Assembly (NCBI GenBank): GCA_963921275.4
Contig: OZ001293.3
Location: 4,800,001 to 4,864,000 of the forward strand
Reading direction: 5' to 3'
Origin: an uncultured Hormoscilla sp.
GTDB lineage: Bacteria; Cyanobacteriota; Cyanobacteriia; Cyanobacteriales; Desertifilaceae
Length of the DNA stretch: 64,000 bases
In this document: positions 23,642-35,167 of the stretch, piece after piece
How positions within the stretch are numbered: position 1 is the first letter of the stretch
Layout of the letters: each line of letters opens with the position of its first letter
Notes under the pieces: model-generated
Database searches by the model: none
Told to the model about the DNA's origin: nothing
What the model saw: only the letters and a program-made list of their open reading frames with translations
Translations under genes and position numbers: made by a program

Positions 23642-26515
23642 TTAGAACTTCCCTGCAAGGGCCGCAACACAACGATCGCATATAATCGGATGTTCGGGAT
23701 CTTCACCAACATGAGTCGAGTAGTTCCAGCAGCGATCGCACTTTTTGCCATCGGCCTTGACCACGCCCACGCCCAAAGTTTCCGACTGCAAACTATGCTG
23801 CAACCCCGTCAAAGCTGCTGGATCCTCTAGCAGTTCCACGCCGGAAGTAATAAACAAGTAGCGCAACTCATCCACTCCATTCAACATCCCCTGAGAGGGA
23901 AGCATAGATTCTAGTTTTTGCCGCAAGTTGACATCCCGAACGTAGAGTAACACCTTCGCTTCCAGAGAAGAACCAATTGCCTTATCAGTTCTGGCCTGTT
24001 CTAGCACCTTATTGACTTCAGCGCGCAGATCTCGCAACTGCTGCCACCATGGGGTCAGTTCGGGGTTTTGCCATTGGGGGTCTAGCTTTATCCAACCCGA
24101 TGCAAATACAGAATTGTGGGCTGTAGCATAGGGGAGATTTTGCCAGATATCCTCCGCCATGTGGCTCAACACTGGCGCGATCGCCCGGGCGAGATTTTCC
24201 AGGGCCACTGCCAGCACCGTCTGACAACTGCGACGGCGGAAAGCCCCTAGGGCGCTAATGTAAAGTCTGTCCTTGGCAATATCTAGATAGAAGTTCGACA
24301 AGTCTACCACGCAGAAATTCTGCACCGTTTGGAAAAATCGGAAGAACTGATAATTCTCAAAAGCGTCCGTGACATCGGAAAATACCTCACAGATCCGATG
24401 CAGCATATACTTGTCTAATTCTGGCAGATCGGAGTAGGCGATCGCATCCTTGTCGGGGTCAAAATCGTGCAAATTACCCAGCAAGAACCGGGCGGTATTT
24501 CTAATCTTACGATAGACATCTGCCAACTGCTTGAGAATATTCTTGCCGATGGGCACATCGGAAGAATAATCCACCGAAGACACCCACAGGCGCAGCACAT
24601 CCGCCCCATAAGCAGGTTCGGTTTTTTTATTATTACCCCCGTCAATAACGATCGCAGGATCCACCACATTCCCCAGGGACTTGCTCATCTTGCGTCCGTT
24701 CTCATCCAGGACAAAACCGTGAGTCAAGACCTTTTTGTAAGGAGCAATGCCATTATTCGCTACACTGGTGAGCAAACTGGACTGAAACCAACCCCGATGT
24801 TGGTCCGACCCTTCCAGATACATATCCACAGGATAGGACAATTCTGGGCGAGTTTCCGCCACCCCCGCCCAAGAGGAACCCGAGTCAAACCAGACATCCA
24901 TCGTATCCGTTCCCTTGCGGTAGGTTTTGCCATTGTTGCGATAGGACTCCGGTAACAATTCTTCAACAGACAACTCCCACCAAGCATCGGAACCCTTTTC
25001 CGCGATAATTGCCTGCACGTGGGCGATCGACTCTGCGGTCAGCAGGGGTTCTCCCGTTTCCTCATCGTAAAATACCGGGATGGGAACGCCCCAGCTACGT
25101 TGGCGAGAAATACACCAATCCGATCGCTCCTTCACCATAGCATTAATCCGGTTTTCCCCCTGAGCGGGAATCCATTTTACCGAGGCGATCGCCTGCATCG
25201 CCTCATCCCGGAACTTATCGACAGAAGCGAACCACTGTTCCGTGGCCCGGAAAATCGTCGGCTTTTTCGTCCGCCAATCGTAGGGATACTTGTGAACGTA
25301 AGGTTCTTCCTTCAGCAAAGCATTCGCTTCTTGCAGCGCCTCAATAATGACCTTATTAGCATCACCCAAAACATTCAAACCAGCAAACCGTCCTGCCTCA
25401 TCAGTAAAATTGCCCTTCTCATCCACGGGGGACAGCACGGCTAGACCATAGCGCTGACCCACGATAAAATCTTCTTGACCGTGACCCGGAGCAGTATGTA
25501 CCAAACCCGTCCCTGATTCTGTGGTAATGTAATCTCCTCCCAGCAGAATTGGACTTTCCCGGTCGAATAAAGGATGTTGGTACTTACAATACTCCAAATC
25601 ACGAGCCGACACCTTTGCCAAAATCTGCAACTGGGTCCCCAGGGTTGCAGACAATCGCCCGATCGCCTCTGCTGCTACCAACAGATATTTTTCCTCTGTC
25701 GATTCTAGTTTATACTGTACCACAGCATAAGTCAACTCGGGATTCACAGCCACCGCCAAATTCGCCGGAATTGTCCAAGGAGTCGTCGTCCAAATTGCCA
25801 CCCAGAGTTCAGACAAATAAGGTTCTAATTCTGCCTTTGAGTTGAGCGCAGTCAGTTTGAAAGCCGCATAAATGCTATCAGAAGTATGACCTTCAGGATA
25901 CTCTAATTCCGCCTCCGCCAGAGCCGTTCGCGAACTGGGACTCCAGTGAACCGACTTCAGACCGCGATAGATATAGCCCTTCAGCGCCATTTTCCCAAAT
26001 ACAGCAATCTGAGCCGCTTCATATTCCGGTTTCAGGGTCAGATAAGGATGAGTCCAGTCACCCCAAACTCCATAGCGCTGGAAACCAACTCGCTGTTCTT
26101 CTACCGTTTTGAGAGCAAACTCCCGGGCCTTTTGCCGCAGTTTTAACGGAGTCAAAGACTGTCGTTCTGAAGAGGACATCTGCTGTAGGACTTTTAGTTC
26201 GATCGGCAACCCGTGGCAATCCCAACCTGGAACATATCGCACCGATCGCCCTTGCAGCAATTGGTATTTATTAATAATATCCTTGAGAATTTTATTCAGA
26301 GCGTGACCCATATGCAGGGAACCATTAGCATAGGGCGGTCCATCGTGTAACACGAACCTGTCCCCAGCAGGCGATCGCTGGGCCTGTTGTTCGTAAATCT
26401 GGTTTTCCGCCCAAAATTTTTGCAGTTCTGGCTCTTTTTTAGCTGCATTTGCCCGCATATCAAAGTTGGTCTTGGGCAGGTTTACAGTATCCTTGTAACT
26501 TTTAGTTTCGCTCAC
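23642..26515 (-). CDS. ileS: Isoleucine--tRNA ligase
   Basis: PPYANGSLHMGH, KMSKS and C-terminal CDRC..CDRC. Confidence 0.97.
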   Translation of the reverse strand: MSETKSYKDTVNLPKTNFDMRANAAKKEPELQKFWAENQIYEQQAQRSPAGDRFVLHDGPPYANGSLHMGHALNKILKDIINKYQLLQGRSVRYVPGWDCHGLPIELKVLQQMSSSERQSLTPLKLRQKAREFALKTVEEQRVGFQRYGVWGDWTHPYLTLKPEYEAAQIAVFGKMALKGYIYRGLKSVHWSPSSRTALAEAELEYPEGHTSDSIYAAFKLTALNSKAELEPYLSELWVAIWTTTPWTIPANLAVAVNPELTYAVVQYKLESTEEKYLLVAAEAIGRLSATLGTQLQILAKVSARDLEYCKYQHPLFDRESPILLGGDYITTESGTGLVHTAPGHGQEDFIVGQRYGLAVLSPVDEKGNFTDEAGRFAGLNVLGDANKVIIEALQEANALLKEEPYVHKYPYDWRTKKPTIFRATEQWFASVDKFRDEAMQAIASVKWIPAQGENRINAMVKERSDWCISRQRSWGVPIPVFYDEETGEPLLTAESIAHVQAIIAEKGSDAWWELSVEELLPESYRNNGKTYRKGTDTMDVWFDSGSSWAGVAETRPELSYPVDMYLEGSDQHRGWFQSSLLTSVANNGIAPYKKVLTHGFVLDENGRKMSKSLGNVVDPAIVIDGGNNKKTEPAYGADVLRLWVSSVDYSSDVPIGKNILKQLADVYRKIRNTARFLLGNLHDFDPDKDAIAYSDLPELDKYMLHRICEVFSDVTDAFENYQFFRFFQTVQNFCVVDLSNFYLDIAKDRLYISALGAFRRRSCQTVLAVALENLARAIAPVLSHMAEDIWQNLPYATAHNSVFASGWIKLDPQWQNPELTPWWQQLRDLRAEVNKVLEQARTDKAIGSSLEAKVLLYVRDVNLRQKLESMLPSQGMLNGVDELRYLFITSGVELLEDPAALTGLQHSLQSETLGVGVVKADGKKCDRCWNYSTHVGEDPEHPIICDRCVAALAGKF

Positions 26516-26736
26516 TTATACCCCCTATTTTTTCTACTCTATCTCGTTCCCTAGGGAAGCCTGGAACCGAGGCGAAGCCTCCTTTAATCTACGCAAATCT
26601 TTTGACATTTCTTGCCCTCATTGTACCTGTCCAATCCCCAGTCCACAGCCTTGAGGCAGAGCCTCCGATCTGCATTCCGTGGCTCTGCCACGGAACGAGG
26701 AAACTGACGGACAGGCGTCTCGCCTGTCCTACGCAA

Positions 26737-27972
26737 CTAATCGTCAGTTTTTGCTTTTATTTCTGCTGATTTCGAACCTGAGTCACTCGCAGTTGCATTC
26801 TCAGCTGTTTCCTCTTCCTGCGCCGCCTCTGCCCCAGTCAGTGTTTCTTCTGGCTCCGGCGCAGTTGCCTGCTCGGGTTCCGTCACCGGTTCTGAGGTCT
26901 CCACTGCTGATGTCTCGTTCGCGTAGCGTGCGCGCAGCGCATTCGTTTCTTCTGGCTCCGGCGCAGTTGCCTGCTCGGGTTCCGTCACCGGTTCTGAAGT
27001 CTCCACTGCTGATGTCTCGTTCGCGTAGCGTGCGCGCAGCGCATTCGTTTCTTCTGACTCTGGCGCAGTTGCCTGCTCTGATTCCGTCACCGGTTCTGAG
27101 GTCTCCACTGCTGATGTTTCGATCGCGAAGCGTGCGCGCAGCGCATTCGTTTCCGAGGCGGTCACATCAGGGACTGGTGCTCCAGCAGTTGGAGCGCTCG
27201 TCTCTACTGGACTGTCCCATTCCGACTCATCATCGGGACTGTCACTGGAAGTTATTTTCTGGTCTGGCTGGCTTTTGGGCTGCTTTTTAGATCTGCTTGC
27301 GATCGATGCGAATATATTACCAAGCCCAAAAAATCCCCTCGGCTTCTGCTTTCCTGGTTTAACCGGTTCCTCTTCTTTCTCCCTCACTGCTTCTGCCGAG
27401 GCATCAGCGTCCCTCGATCCATCTGTCTGGGGCGGTGCGATCGCCTCAGTGACCTCGGACTGCTCGGCGTCATCTGTCTGGGGCGGTGCGATCGCCTCAG
27501 TGACCCTGGACTGCTCGGCGTCATCTGTCTGGGGCGGTGCGATCGCCTCATCAGTTTCGATCTCTGACTCTGGTTGCTCTCCTGTACCATCAGGCGTCGT
27601 CGGTGGCGCAACTGAAGACTGCTCGCCCTTCTTAAATCCAGTTTTCACAAGCTGTGGCAGTCCAGACAGACCCCCTGCCAGCTGCTCTTTGAGATCCTCT
27701 TTAATCTGAGTCTGCTCTGCCACCGGTGTCAAAGAGCGTCGTAACATCAGATTTTGCCAGCCAAACCACAGCACGATCGCCACCACCGCCAATTGACCCA
27801 GCAATACAGCTCCCGTAATGCGCCCTGCACAGAACCATAAAATCAAGGCATAAAACATTCCGACGCCGCTCCAGAAGAAATCGCCTTTGCGATATACTTC
27901 TGGAAAAAAGAAGGCTGCCGTATAAAGGGCTAAACTACCAAAACCAATAGCCAAAGCCAATATGTATGCCAT
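26737..27972 (-). CDS. ycf66: Ycf66 family protein with an acidic repeat-expanded tail
   Basis: N-terminal FFPEVYRKGDFFWSGVGMFYALILW.CAGRITG; 51-bp and 102-bp tandem repeats in the tail. Confidence 0.8.
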   Translation of the reverse strand: MAYILALAIGFGSLALYTAAFFFPEVYRKGDFFWSGVGMFYALILWFCAGRITGAVLLGQLAVVAIVLWFGWQNLMLRRSLTPVAEQTQIKEDLKEQLAGGLSGLPQLVKTGFKKGEQSSVAPPTTPDGTGEQPESEIETDEAIAPPQTDDAEQSRVTEAIAPPQTDDAEQSEVTEAIAPPQTDGSRDADASAEAVREKEEEPVKPGKQKPRGFFGLGNIFASIASRSKKQPKSQPDQKITSSDSPDDESEWDSPVETSAPTAGAPVPDVTASETNALRARFAIETSAVETSEPVTESEQATAPESEETNALRARYANETSAVETSEPVTEPEQATAPEPEETNALRARYANETSAVETSEPVTEPEQATAPEPEETLTGAEAAQEEETAENATASDSGSKSAEIKAKTDD

Positions 27973-28360
27973 TTTACCGTAGCTTCCTCCCTACTGGTGT
28001 AACACTTACTACTACATATCTTCGGGTGCATGCTAATGCTCCCCAGGTCTTCTATACGTAAGTTATTTTAACCTAAGTTGCTACCTATAGAACCTCAACA
28101 CCGAAATTAGTCAAAATTTGCCAAAATAACCTTGTTATTTACCCCAAAATAGCATTTTTGCGGAGAAATTCACCAAAAATGGCTATCAGAGAGGTAGAAT
28201 TTTTTATAGGTAGCAACTTGAGTTATTTTATCCTTTTGCGCCGCCTGCGTGCAGAGTGGATTGCAATGCTTAATGTCTTCTTTACGGTAGATCTGGGGAG
28301 AGCGAGCTAACCTGAGAGGGGATTTACCCAAAACAATTAGTAGGACGAGCAAACAATCAG

Positions 28361-29776
28361 ATGACACAACCGAGCTTTGGCCTCATTGGATTAGCAGTCA
28401 TGGGTGAGAACCTGGCGCTCAATGTCGAGCGCAATGGTTTTCCCGTGACGGTTTACAATCGTACAACCGCCAAAACCGACGAGTTTATGGCCACGCGGGC
28501 AAAGGACAAGAACTTCAAAGCGGCCCGTACCATTGAAGAATTTGTCAAATTCCTCTCACGCCCTCGCAAGATCCTGGTGATGGTGAAAGCTGGCAAGCCA
28601 GTAGATGCCGTCATAGACCAGCTCAAACCCTTGCTGGAAGAGGGAGACACGATCATAGACGGTGGCAACTCCCTCTACCAAGACACGGAACGGCGCACCC
28701 AAGACCTGGAAGCCAAAAAACTGGGATTTGTGGGCATGGGCGTCAGCGGCGGCGAAGAAGGAGCCCTGAATGGCCCCAGCCTCATGCCTGGGGGCACCCC
28801 AGCAGCATACAAAGAGTTAGAGCCCATACTCACCAAGATCGCCGCTCAAGTGGATGACGGACCCTGCGTCACCTTTATCGGACCTGGTGGTGCCGGTCAC
28901 TACGTGAAGATGGTCCACAACGGCATTGAGTATGGTGACATGCAGCTGATAGCCGAAGCCTATGACCTGCTTAAAAATGCGATCGGGCTAGATAGCAAAC
29001 AGTTGCATGAGGTGTTTGCCGAGTGGAATACCACCGAGGAACTCAATTCCTTTTTGATTTCAATTACAGCCGATATTTTCCCCAAGATCGACCCAGACAC
29101 CAATAAACCCCTCTTGGATCTGATCCTGGACGCCGCTGGCCAAAAAGGGACCGGGCGCTGGACCGTAGTCTCAGCCCTGGAGTTAGGGGTGACTATTCCC
29201 ACAATTACCGCAGCAGTCAACGCTCGGATTATGTCTTCTTACAAGGACGAGCGCGTGGCAGCTGCTCGGGAGCTGACTGGCCCCACTGGCAAATATGACG
29301 GGGATAGCAAAGCCTTGATCGGCAAGATCCGCGACGCCCTGTATTGCTCCAAGATTTGCTCCTACGCTCAGGGGATGGCCCTCTTGGCTAAAGCCTCCAG
29401 TGAGTATAACTACAACCTGAATTTGAGCGAAATTTCTCGCATCTGGAAAGGCGGCTGTATTATTCGGGCTGGATTCTTGGATAAGATTAAAGTAGCCTTC
29501 AACGAAAATCCTCAATTGGCCAACCTGCTGCTCGCTCCTGAGTTTAAGCAGACTATCCTCGATCGACAGGGAGCATGGCGGGAGGTGCTAGCCACAGCTA
29601 ATCAACTGGGCATACCGGTGCCAGCCTTTAGTGCATCCCTAGATTACTTTGATAGCTATCGACGGGCTAGCTTGCCCCAAAACCTCACCCAGGCCCAACG
29701 GGACTACTTTGGCGCTCACACCTATGAGCGGATAGACAAACCTAGGGGAGAATTCTTCCACACTCAGTGGTTCTAG
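28361..29776 (+). CDS. gnd: 6-phosphogluconate dehydrogenase (decarboxylating)
   Basis: GLAVMG, VSGGEEGA, KMVHNGIEY and QRDYFGAH motifs. Confidence 0.97.
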   Translation: MTQPSFGLIGLAVMGENLALNVERNGFPVTVYNRTTAKTDEFMATRAKDKNFKAARTIEEFVKFLSRPRKILVMVKAGKPVDAVIDQLKPLLEEGDTIIDGGNSLYQDTERRTQDLEAKKLGFVGMGVSGGEEGALNGPSLMPGGTPAAYKELEPILTKIAAQVDDGPCVTFIGPGGAGHYVKMVHNGIEYGDMQLIAEAYDLLKNAIGLDSKQLHEVFAEWNTTEELNSFLISITADIFPKIDPDTNKPLLDLILDAAGQKGTGRWTVVSALELGVTIPTITAAVNARIMSSYKDERVAAARELTGPTGKYDGDSKALIGKIRDALYCSKICSYAQGMALLAKASSEYNYNLNLSEISRIWKGGCIIRAGFLDKIKVAFNENPQLANLLLAPEFKQTILDRQGAWREVLATANQLGIPVPAFSASLDYFDSYRRASLPQNLTQAQRDYFGAHTYERIDKPRGEFFHTQWF

Positions 29777-29929
29777 TACAGCAGGGCGTCCATAACGATC
29801 GATGTCTTGTAGGGTGGGCACTGCCAGAATGGTGGGCACTGCCTACCCTATGCTACTTAATGTAAGATACCAGAGCCCCGATCGTGCAGAAAAATAACTC
29901 GGATCGGACTATGACTTGGCTTTTGCTTT

Positions 29930-30381
29930 GCATAAAGAACGGGCAGAGGTAGAGTATCTCAATGGCAATTTCCGAAGTATTTGCAGTTCAGCAAAAAAAC
30001 CGAAAATCAGATGGTGACGGATACTCTGACGGGACTGCATTTGGTGCTGTTAAACTTGAATAAAAAAACGCAGTGGGATTTCCAGAGTGAAACAGTCGGG
30101 GAAGCAGAGGATATAGAAACTTTTCAGCCAGACTGAAGTAGTAAATCAAGATGCGATCGCCATTCTGATTGTCGCTCATGGCATAGGGATGGACGAAAAA
30201 GTTAGTCCGAAAAATTTTGAGGCTTTTTTTACAAGTAAGCCTGTGGGAAAAGGGACAGGATTGGGTTTGTCGATTTCCCACTCAATTATTGTGGAAAAAC
30301 GCCAAGATAGAGTGTGAATCAGCATTGGGAGAGGGGGCCGAGTTCAGGATAGAAATTACCATTCGACCAAAAAGAGCGTAG
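29930..30381 (+). pseudogene. Degraded histidine kinase HATPase C-terminal fragment
   Basis: [21 protein letters not shown] then, after a frameshift, [17 protein letters not shown]; multiple stops upstream. Confidence 0.7.
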
Positions 30382-30586
30382 ATTTGTCGGTCCAGATGCT
30401 AAGATGATTATTGGGAGCGGCGGCTCGGACCAGATCGAATCCCATCCAGAATGTCAGACTTGGGCGAGGGTATGATATAATGCTAATGACGTTCGCGGCT
30501 CGCTTGACATGACACGATATATTATCGGATCGCGCATGTAAAATGAACCATGAGCCTAGAAAAATCGCGTGAGGTTTAACTAATAA

Positions 30587-32164
30587 ATGAGGGTTTTATT
30601 GCTGTACCCCCTGTTTCCGAAAACATTTTGGTCTTATGAAAAAGTCCTGGAACTGATAAATCGCCAGGTTTTGCTCCCGCCCTTGGGTTTGGTGACGGTA
30701 GCGGCTATATTACCACAAGAGTGGGAATTTAAGCTGGTCGATCGCAATGTGCGCTCGGTGACGGAGTCTGAGTGGGAATGGGCCGATCTGGTGATTCTCT
30801 CTGCCATGATAGTCCAAAAAGACGATCTGCTCTACCTGATTCGAGAAGCGAAAGGGCGGGGTAAGCCGGTAGCCGTGGGGGGGCCCTATGCCACTTCGGT
30901 CCCGGAACCGCCTCGTGAGGCGGGTGCTGATTATCTGATTCTCGATGAAGGGGAAATTACTTTACCGATGTTTGTGGAGGCGCTGCGTCGGGGCGATCGG
31001 GGCGGGACTTTCCGGACCGAGTCCAAACCGGACGTGACTGAAACCCCGGTGCCTCGGTTTGATTTGCTAGAGATGAATGCTTATGACAGCATGTCGGTGC
31101 AGTTTTCCCGGGGTTGTCCGTTCCAATGCGAGTTTTGCGACATTATTATTCTCTACGGACGCAAACCCCGGACGAAAACTCCCCAGCAGTTGCTCGCTGA
31201 GTTGGAATATCTCCGCCAACTGGGGTGGAAGGGCGCGATTTTTATGGTGGATGACAACTTTATTGGTAATAAGCGGAATGTGAAGTTGCTGCTGAAGGAG
31301 TTGAAAGTCTGGCAAGCCGAACATCAGTATCCCTTCAATTTTACGACGGAGGCCTCAGTAGACCTGGCCCAAGACCGGGAATTGATGGATTTGATGGTAG
31401 AGTGTAACTTTAAGTCGGTATTCTTGGGCATAGAAACGCCAGATGAAGCTAGTCTGACTTTGACGAAAAAGTTTCAAAATACCAGAGATTCTCTGGCTGA
31501 ATCTGTAGAAGCGATCGTCCGATCGGGGATGCGAGTGATGGCCGGGTTTATTATTGGCTTTGATGGGGAAACCAAAGGGGCGGGCGATCGCATTGTCCGG
31601 TTTGTCGAACAAACAGCCATTCCGGCTGCTATGTTAGGTATGCTGCAAGCTTTACCTAATACAGCCCTCTGGCATCGCTTAGAAAAGGAGGGACGCTTGC
31701 TATCGAAGGAGAGTCATGGTAATCCCCAGGGGGCCTTGATGAACTTTATCCCCACTCGTCCTGTAGAGGATATTGCCCGGGAATATATAGAGGCGTTTTG
31801 TGTACTGTATGATGCTTCCAATTACTTGGATCGGACTTATCGCCATTTCCTGATGATGGGTGCGCCGAAGTGCCATCCACCTGCCAAGTTTATCAGTCTG
31901 GCAGATTTGCGGGCCCTGATGATTATTATCTGGCGGCAGGGGATTAAACGTAAAACCCGCTGGAAGTTCTGGCATCATCTGTATAACATTCTCAAGCATA
32001 ACCCGGGCGTCTGGGAGTTTTACGTCACAACTTGCGCCCATAACGAACATTTTCTGGAATATCGTCAGATCGTGCGGGATCAGATCTCCGCACAGCTGGC
32101 AGAGTTTCTGGCAGTGAAAAAAGTAGTGGAAGTGGAAATGCAGGTGGAAGCGATCGCCAGTTGA
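30587..32164 (+). CDS. B12-binding radical SAM protein (DUF4070 type)
   Basis: PPLGL, GGPY and SRGCPFQCEFC motifs. Confidence 0.9.
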   Translation: MRVLLLYPLFPKTFWSYEKVLELINRQVLLPPLGLVTVAAILPQEWEFKLVDRNVRSVTESEWEWADLVILSAMIVQKDDLLYLIREAKGRGKPVAVGGPYATSVPEPPREAGADYLILDEGEITLPMFVEALRRGDRGGTFRTESKPDVTETPVPRFDLLEMNAYDSMSVQFSRGCPFQCEFCDIIILYGRKPRTKTPQQLLAELEYLRQLGWKGAIFMVDDNFIGNKRNVKLLLKELKVWQAEHQYPFNFTTEASVDLAQDRELMDLMVECNFKSVFLGIETPDEASLTLTKKFQNTRDSLAESVEAIVRSGMRVMAGFIIGFDGETKGAGDRIVRFVEQTAIPAAMLGMLQALPNTALWHRLEKEGRLLSKESHGNPQGALMNFIPTRPVEDIAREYIEAFCVLYDASNYLDRTYRHFLMMGAPKCHPPAKFISLADLRALMIIIWRQGIKRKTRWKFWHHLYNILKHNPGVWEFYVTTCAHNEHFLEYRQIVRDQISAQLAEFLAVKKVVEVEMQVEAIAS

Positions 32165-33073
32165 CACGCTGTGCTTCCCGAGGGTATATAGTCGTCAAAA
32201 TGTAGAAACCGGGTTTTTTATCAGAAACCCGGTTTCTGGTAGTCTGTGTAACCCCTTAAGGGATTGTGATAATTGCGCTTGGATGGGGAATGGGCCAGGG
32301 GGGAGAGGTGAGCTTTCGTTTTACTCCATCCATATTCTCTCGGATTTCATAGATTCCCACCGAACATATTCTAGGGCAATTTGCTGATTGCTTGCATCAG
32401 CAAAACTCCGATCGAGAGAGTAACAGCGGCTTGCAACAAACAGGACACAGTCCACTTAAATACTTGCTGTAGTGCCATAGTTTTTTCTCAAATTGTAGTT
32501 CTGAGTTTTTTATCTAACTAGCTTCTACGCATTTGGCGGTCAGAGGCCAGCAGATCGCCTGATTGCTAATAGCTGTACCTATCGACCCCGACTGCTGATT
32601 GCATATAGCTGCATGCTTAACTGGCTAGATACACCGACTATTGGGTTTGTGGGTACGGCGTGTGCTCATAAAGCTCGTCTACCAGTCTGATTCGCAGCGA
32701 ATAAGCCGCGATCGGGACCGCAATAGAGGTCATAGAGGCGGTAGACAGAGCGCGGAAGCTCCAGCCCAGACATTCATCAAAGCACCCCCACTGAATAAGT
32801 AGGGGTGATTCATTTTACCACTCTACAAGTTCTACATCTAGGATTCCGTACCCAGATCGCACTCAGCCGTGATCTGGGTCACCCACACCGCAGAAAGCAC
32901 GATATTCTGGGCAACTTCAGCTCATCTTAAATTTTTGTGAAATGCGATCGGGCAAAGTCTTGTCCAGTCCTGGTTTTAAGTGGGGGGTATGACCCCTTGA
33001 TTAATCTAGAAGTATGCTTGTTCCCCCTGTTCTGGTTGTCCAGCAGGCACAGCCCACCGGACACTGGATAATT

Positions 33074-33175
33074 TTAGATTAGCTTAACGGCCCGTAGCCC
33101 GAAATAGAGGACGAGGGCGACACCGAAGGCACCACCCAAAAGGATAAAGTAAGCGATCGCTTCATCTACTGTCAT
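33074..33175 (-). CDS. petL: Cytochrome b6f subunit PetL (absent from the ORF track)
   Basis: MTVDEAIAYFILLGGAFGVALVLYFGLRAVKLI*, AGGAG ribosome-binding site, divergent from aroB. Confidence 0.88.
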   Translation of the reverse strand: MTVDEAIAYFILLGGAFGVALVLYFGLRAVKLI

Positions 33176-33262
33176 CGGTATTTCTCCTTTAAGACTGCTC
33201 AATACTATTGAAGCATGCCCTGGGCTAAAATACTGCCCAGGGTTATTGAGGGGGTTTTAGTG

Positions 33263-34354
33263 ATGTCTGCGATTAGAGTTGATTTACCTGAGCGTTCTTA
33301 CGAAATTGCGATCGCCCCTAGGGGTCTGGATCGGCTGGGTGAGGGCATGGCCAGTCTGGATCTGAGTAAGAAGGTGTTGCTGGTGTCCAACCCGGTGGTT
33401 TTTCAGCATTATGGCCAAAGGGCGATCGCCTCTCTGAGTGGGGCCGGGTTTGAAGTGGCCAGTTGCATCCTGCCTGATGGGGAACATTACAAAACCCTGG
33501 CCAGCATCGAAAAGGTCTACGATGGGGCCCTGGAACAGCATTTAGAACGATCTTCCACCATGGTAGCCCTGGGTGGGGGCGTGATTGGGGATATGACTGG
33601 CTTTAGCGCGGCCACCTGGCTGCGGGGAGTGCAGTTCGTGCAAGTTCCCACCACCTTGCTGGCCATGGTGGATGCTTCCGTTGGTGGGAAAACGGGAGTC
33701 AATCATCCCATGGGGAAAAACTTGATTGGGGCCTTTTATCAGCCGAGACTGGTGGCGATCGACCCCGAGGTTTTACAGACATTGCCCCCACGGGAGTTTC
33801 GCGCGGGCATGGCAGAGGTGATTAAATATGGGGTGATCTGGGATGGGGAGTTATTTTCTCAGTTGGAGAAGCAAAGTAGTCTGGAACAACTCGAAGACCT
33901 GGACAGGGAATTATTGCAAACAATCTTAACACGCTCTTGCCAAGCCAAAGCTGATGTGGTCGCCAAAGATGAGAGAGAAGCGGGGTTGAGGGCCATCCTT
34001 AACTACGGTCACACCATCGGCCATGCGATCGAAAGCGTCACGGAATATAAATCAGTCATTCACGGGGAAGCTGTAGCTATTGGCATGGTAGCAGCGAGTC
34101 AGATGGCCCTGGAGTTGCAACTGTGGGACCGAGAGTGCGATCAGCGTCAGTTTGAATTAATTACTAAAGCGGGTTTACCGACGCAGTTGCCAGCGGGATT
34201 AGATATTGATGCCATTCTGAAGACTTTGAAAACCGATAAGAAGGTGAAGGCGGGAAAGGTACGTTTTATCTTGCCAACTCAGGTGGGTGCTGTCACTATC
34301 ACCGACCAAGTGCCTGCTGATTTGATTCGGCAAGTGTTGCAGGATATGCTGTAG
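33263..34354 (+). CDS. aroB: 3-dehydroquinate synthase
   Basis: [30 protein letters not shown] and HGEAV motifs. Confidence 0.96.
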   Translation: MSAIRVDLPERSYEIAIAPRGLDRLGEGMASLDLSKKVLLVSNPVVFQHYGQRAIASLSGAGFEVASCILPDGEHYKTLASIEKVYDGALEQHLERSSTMVALGGGVIGDMTGFSAATWLRGVQFVQVPTTLLAMVDASVGGKTGVNHPMGKNLIGAFYQPRLVAIDPEVLQTLPPREFRAGMAEVIKYGVIWDGELFSQLEKQSSLEQLEDLDRELLQTILTRSCQAKADVVAKDEREAGLRAILNYGHTIGHAIESVTEYKSVIHGEAVAIGMVAASQMALELQLWDRECDQRQFELITKAGLPTQLPAGLDIDAILKTLKTDKKVKAGKVRFILPTQVGAVTITDQVPADLIRQVLQDML

Positions 34355-34810
34355 ATTATTTCCCTGTTATTGCCAGATCGCCTGCTTGATAGCCCGCCGG
34401 GGGTTGCAAACCCCCGCGTCATAGCTAAAGTCGGTTACCAAGGCACGATCTTGCACCATTCTCGATCGGCCTCCTGGCCCGCCGTGGGTTTAAACCCACA
34501 GGCTTTTAGCTCAAGTGGGTTAGAACCCACTGAAAGCCAAGTCGCAGAAACGATTTAGCCCACGCTTTTACCCTCGTTCCGGAGCCAGTAAACGAGTTAT
34601 CGAGGCTCCGCCTCTAGTTGAAAATGGTGCAATATCTGAGTTAAAACCGACTAAAAACATTATATAAAATGTCTGATTCGTAGGTTGGATTGAAAGCCCG
34701 CGCAGGCGGGTGCGGTCATGCTTTGTTGCATTAGTAGAGCAATTTTAGACTTGCCTACGAAGGTCGAACTACGAACTACTTACTAACGGGCGCAAGACCA
34801 AACCCCCGAT

Positions 34811-35167
34811 TTTACTCCGGCCAAGGAAGTGCTTACTCCGGCCAAGGAGGTGCTTACTCCGGCCAAGGAGGTGCTTACCTCGGCCAAGGAGGTGCTTACC
34901 TCGGCCAAGGAGGTGCTTACCTCGGCCAAGGAGGTGCTTACTCCGGCCAAAGAGGTGCTTACCTCGGCCAAGGAGGTGCTTACCTCGGCCAAGGAGGTGC
35001 TTACTCCGGCCAAAGAGGTGCTTACCTCGGCCAAAGAGGTGCTTACTCCGGCCAAAGAGGTGCTTACCTCGGCCAAAGAGGTGCTTACTCCGGCCAAAGA
35101 GTTACTTATCTCGGCCAAAGAAGTGCTTACTCCGGCCAAAGAGGTGCTTACTCCGGCCAAAGAGTTA
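34811..35167. repeat. 21-bp tandem array B (~17 units CTTAC(TC/CT)CGGCCAA(G/A)GAGGTG), followed by degenerate 21-mers to ~35315
   Basis: Seen directly. Confidence 0.92.

Noticed and set aside
32165..33070. Gene or ncRNA in the 0.9-kb intergenic gap
   Set aside because: Only a short hydrophobic ORF (MALQQVFKW..., minus strand) and a repeat; nothing I can support
34811..35167. CRISPR array (also considered for 21966-22130 and 7575-7722)
   Set aside because: Head-to-tail repeats without unique spacers; no cas genes in the window
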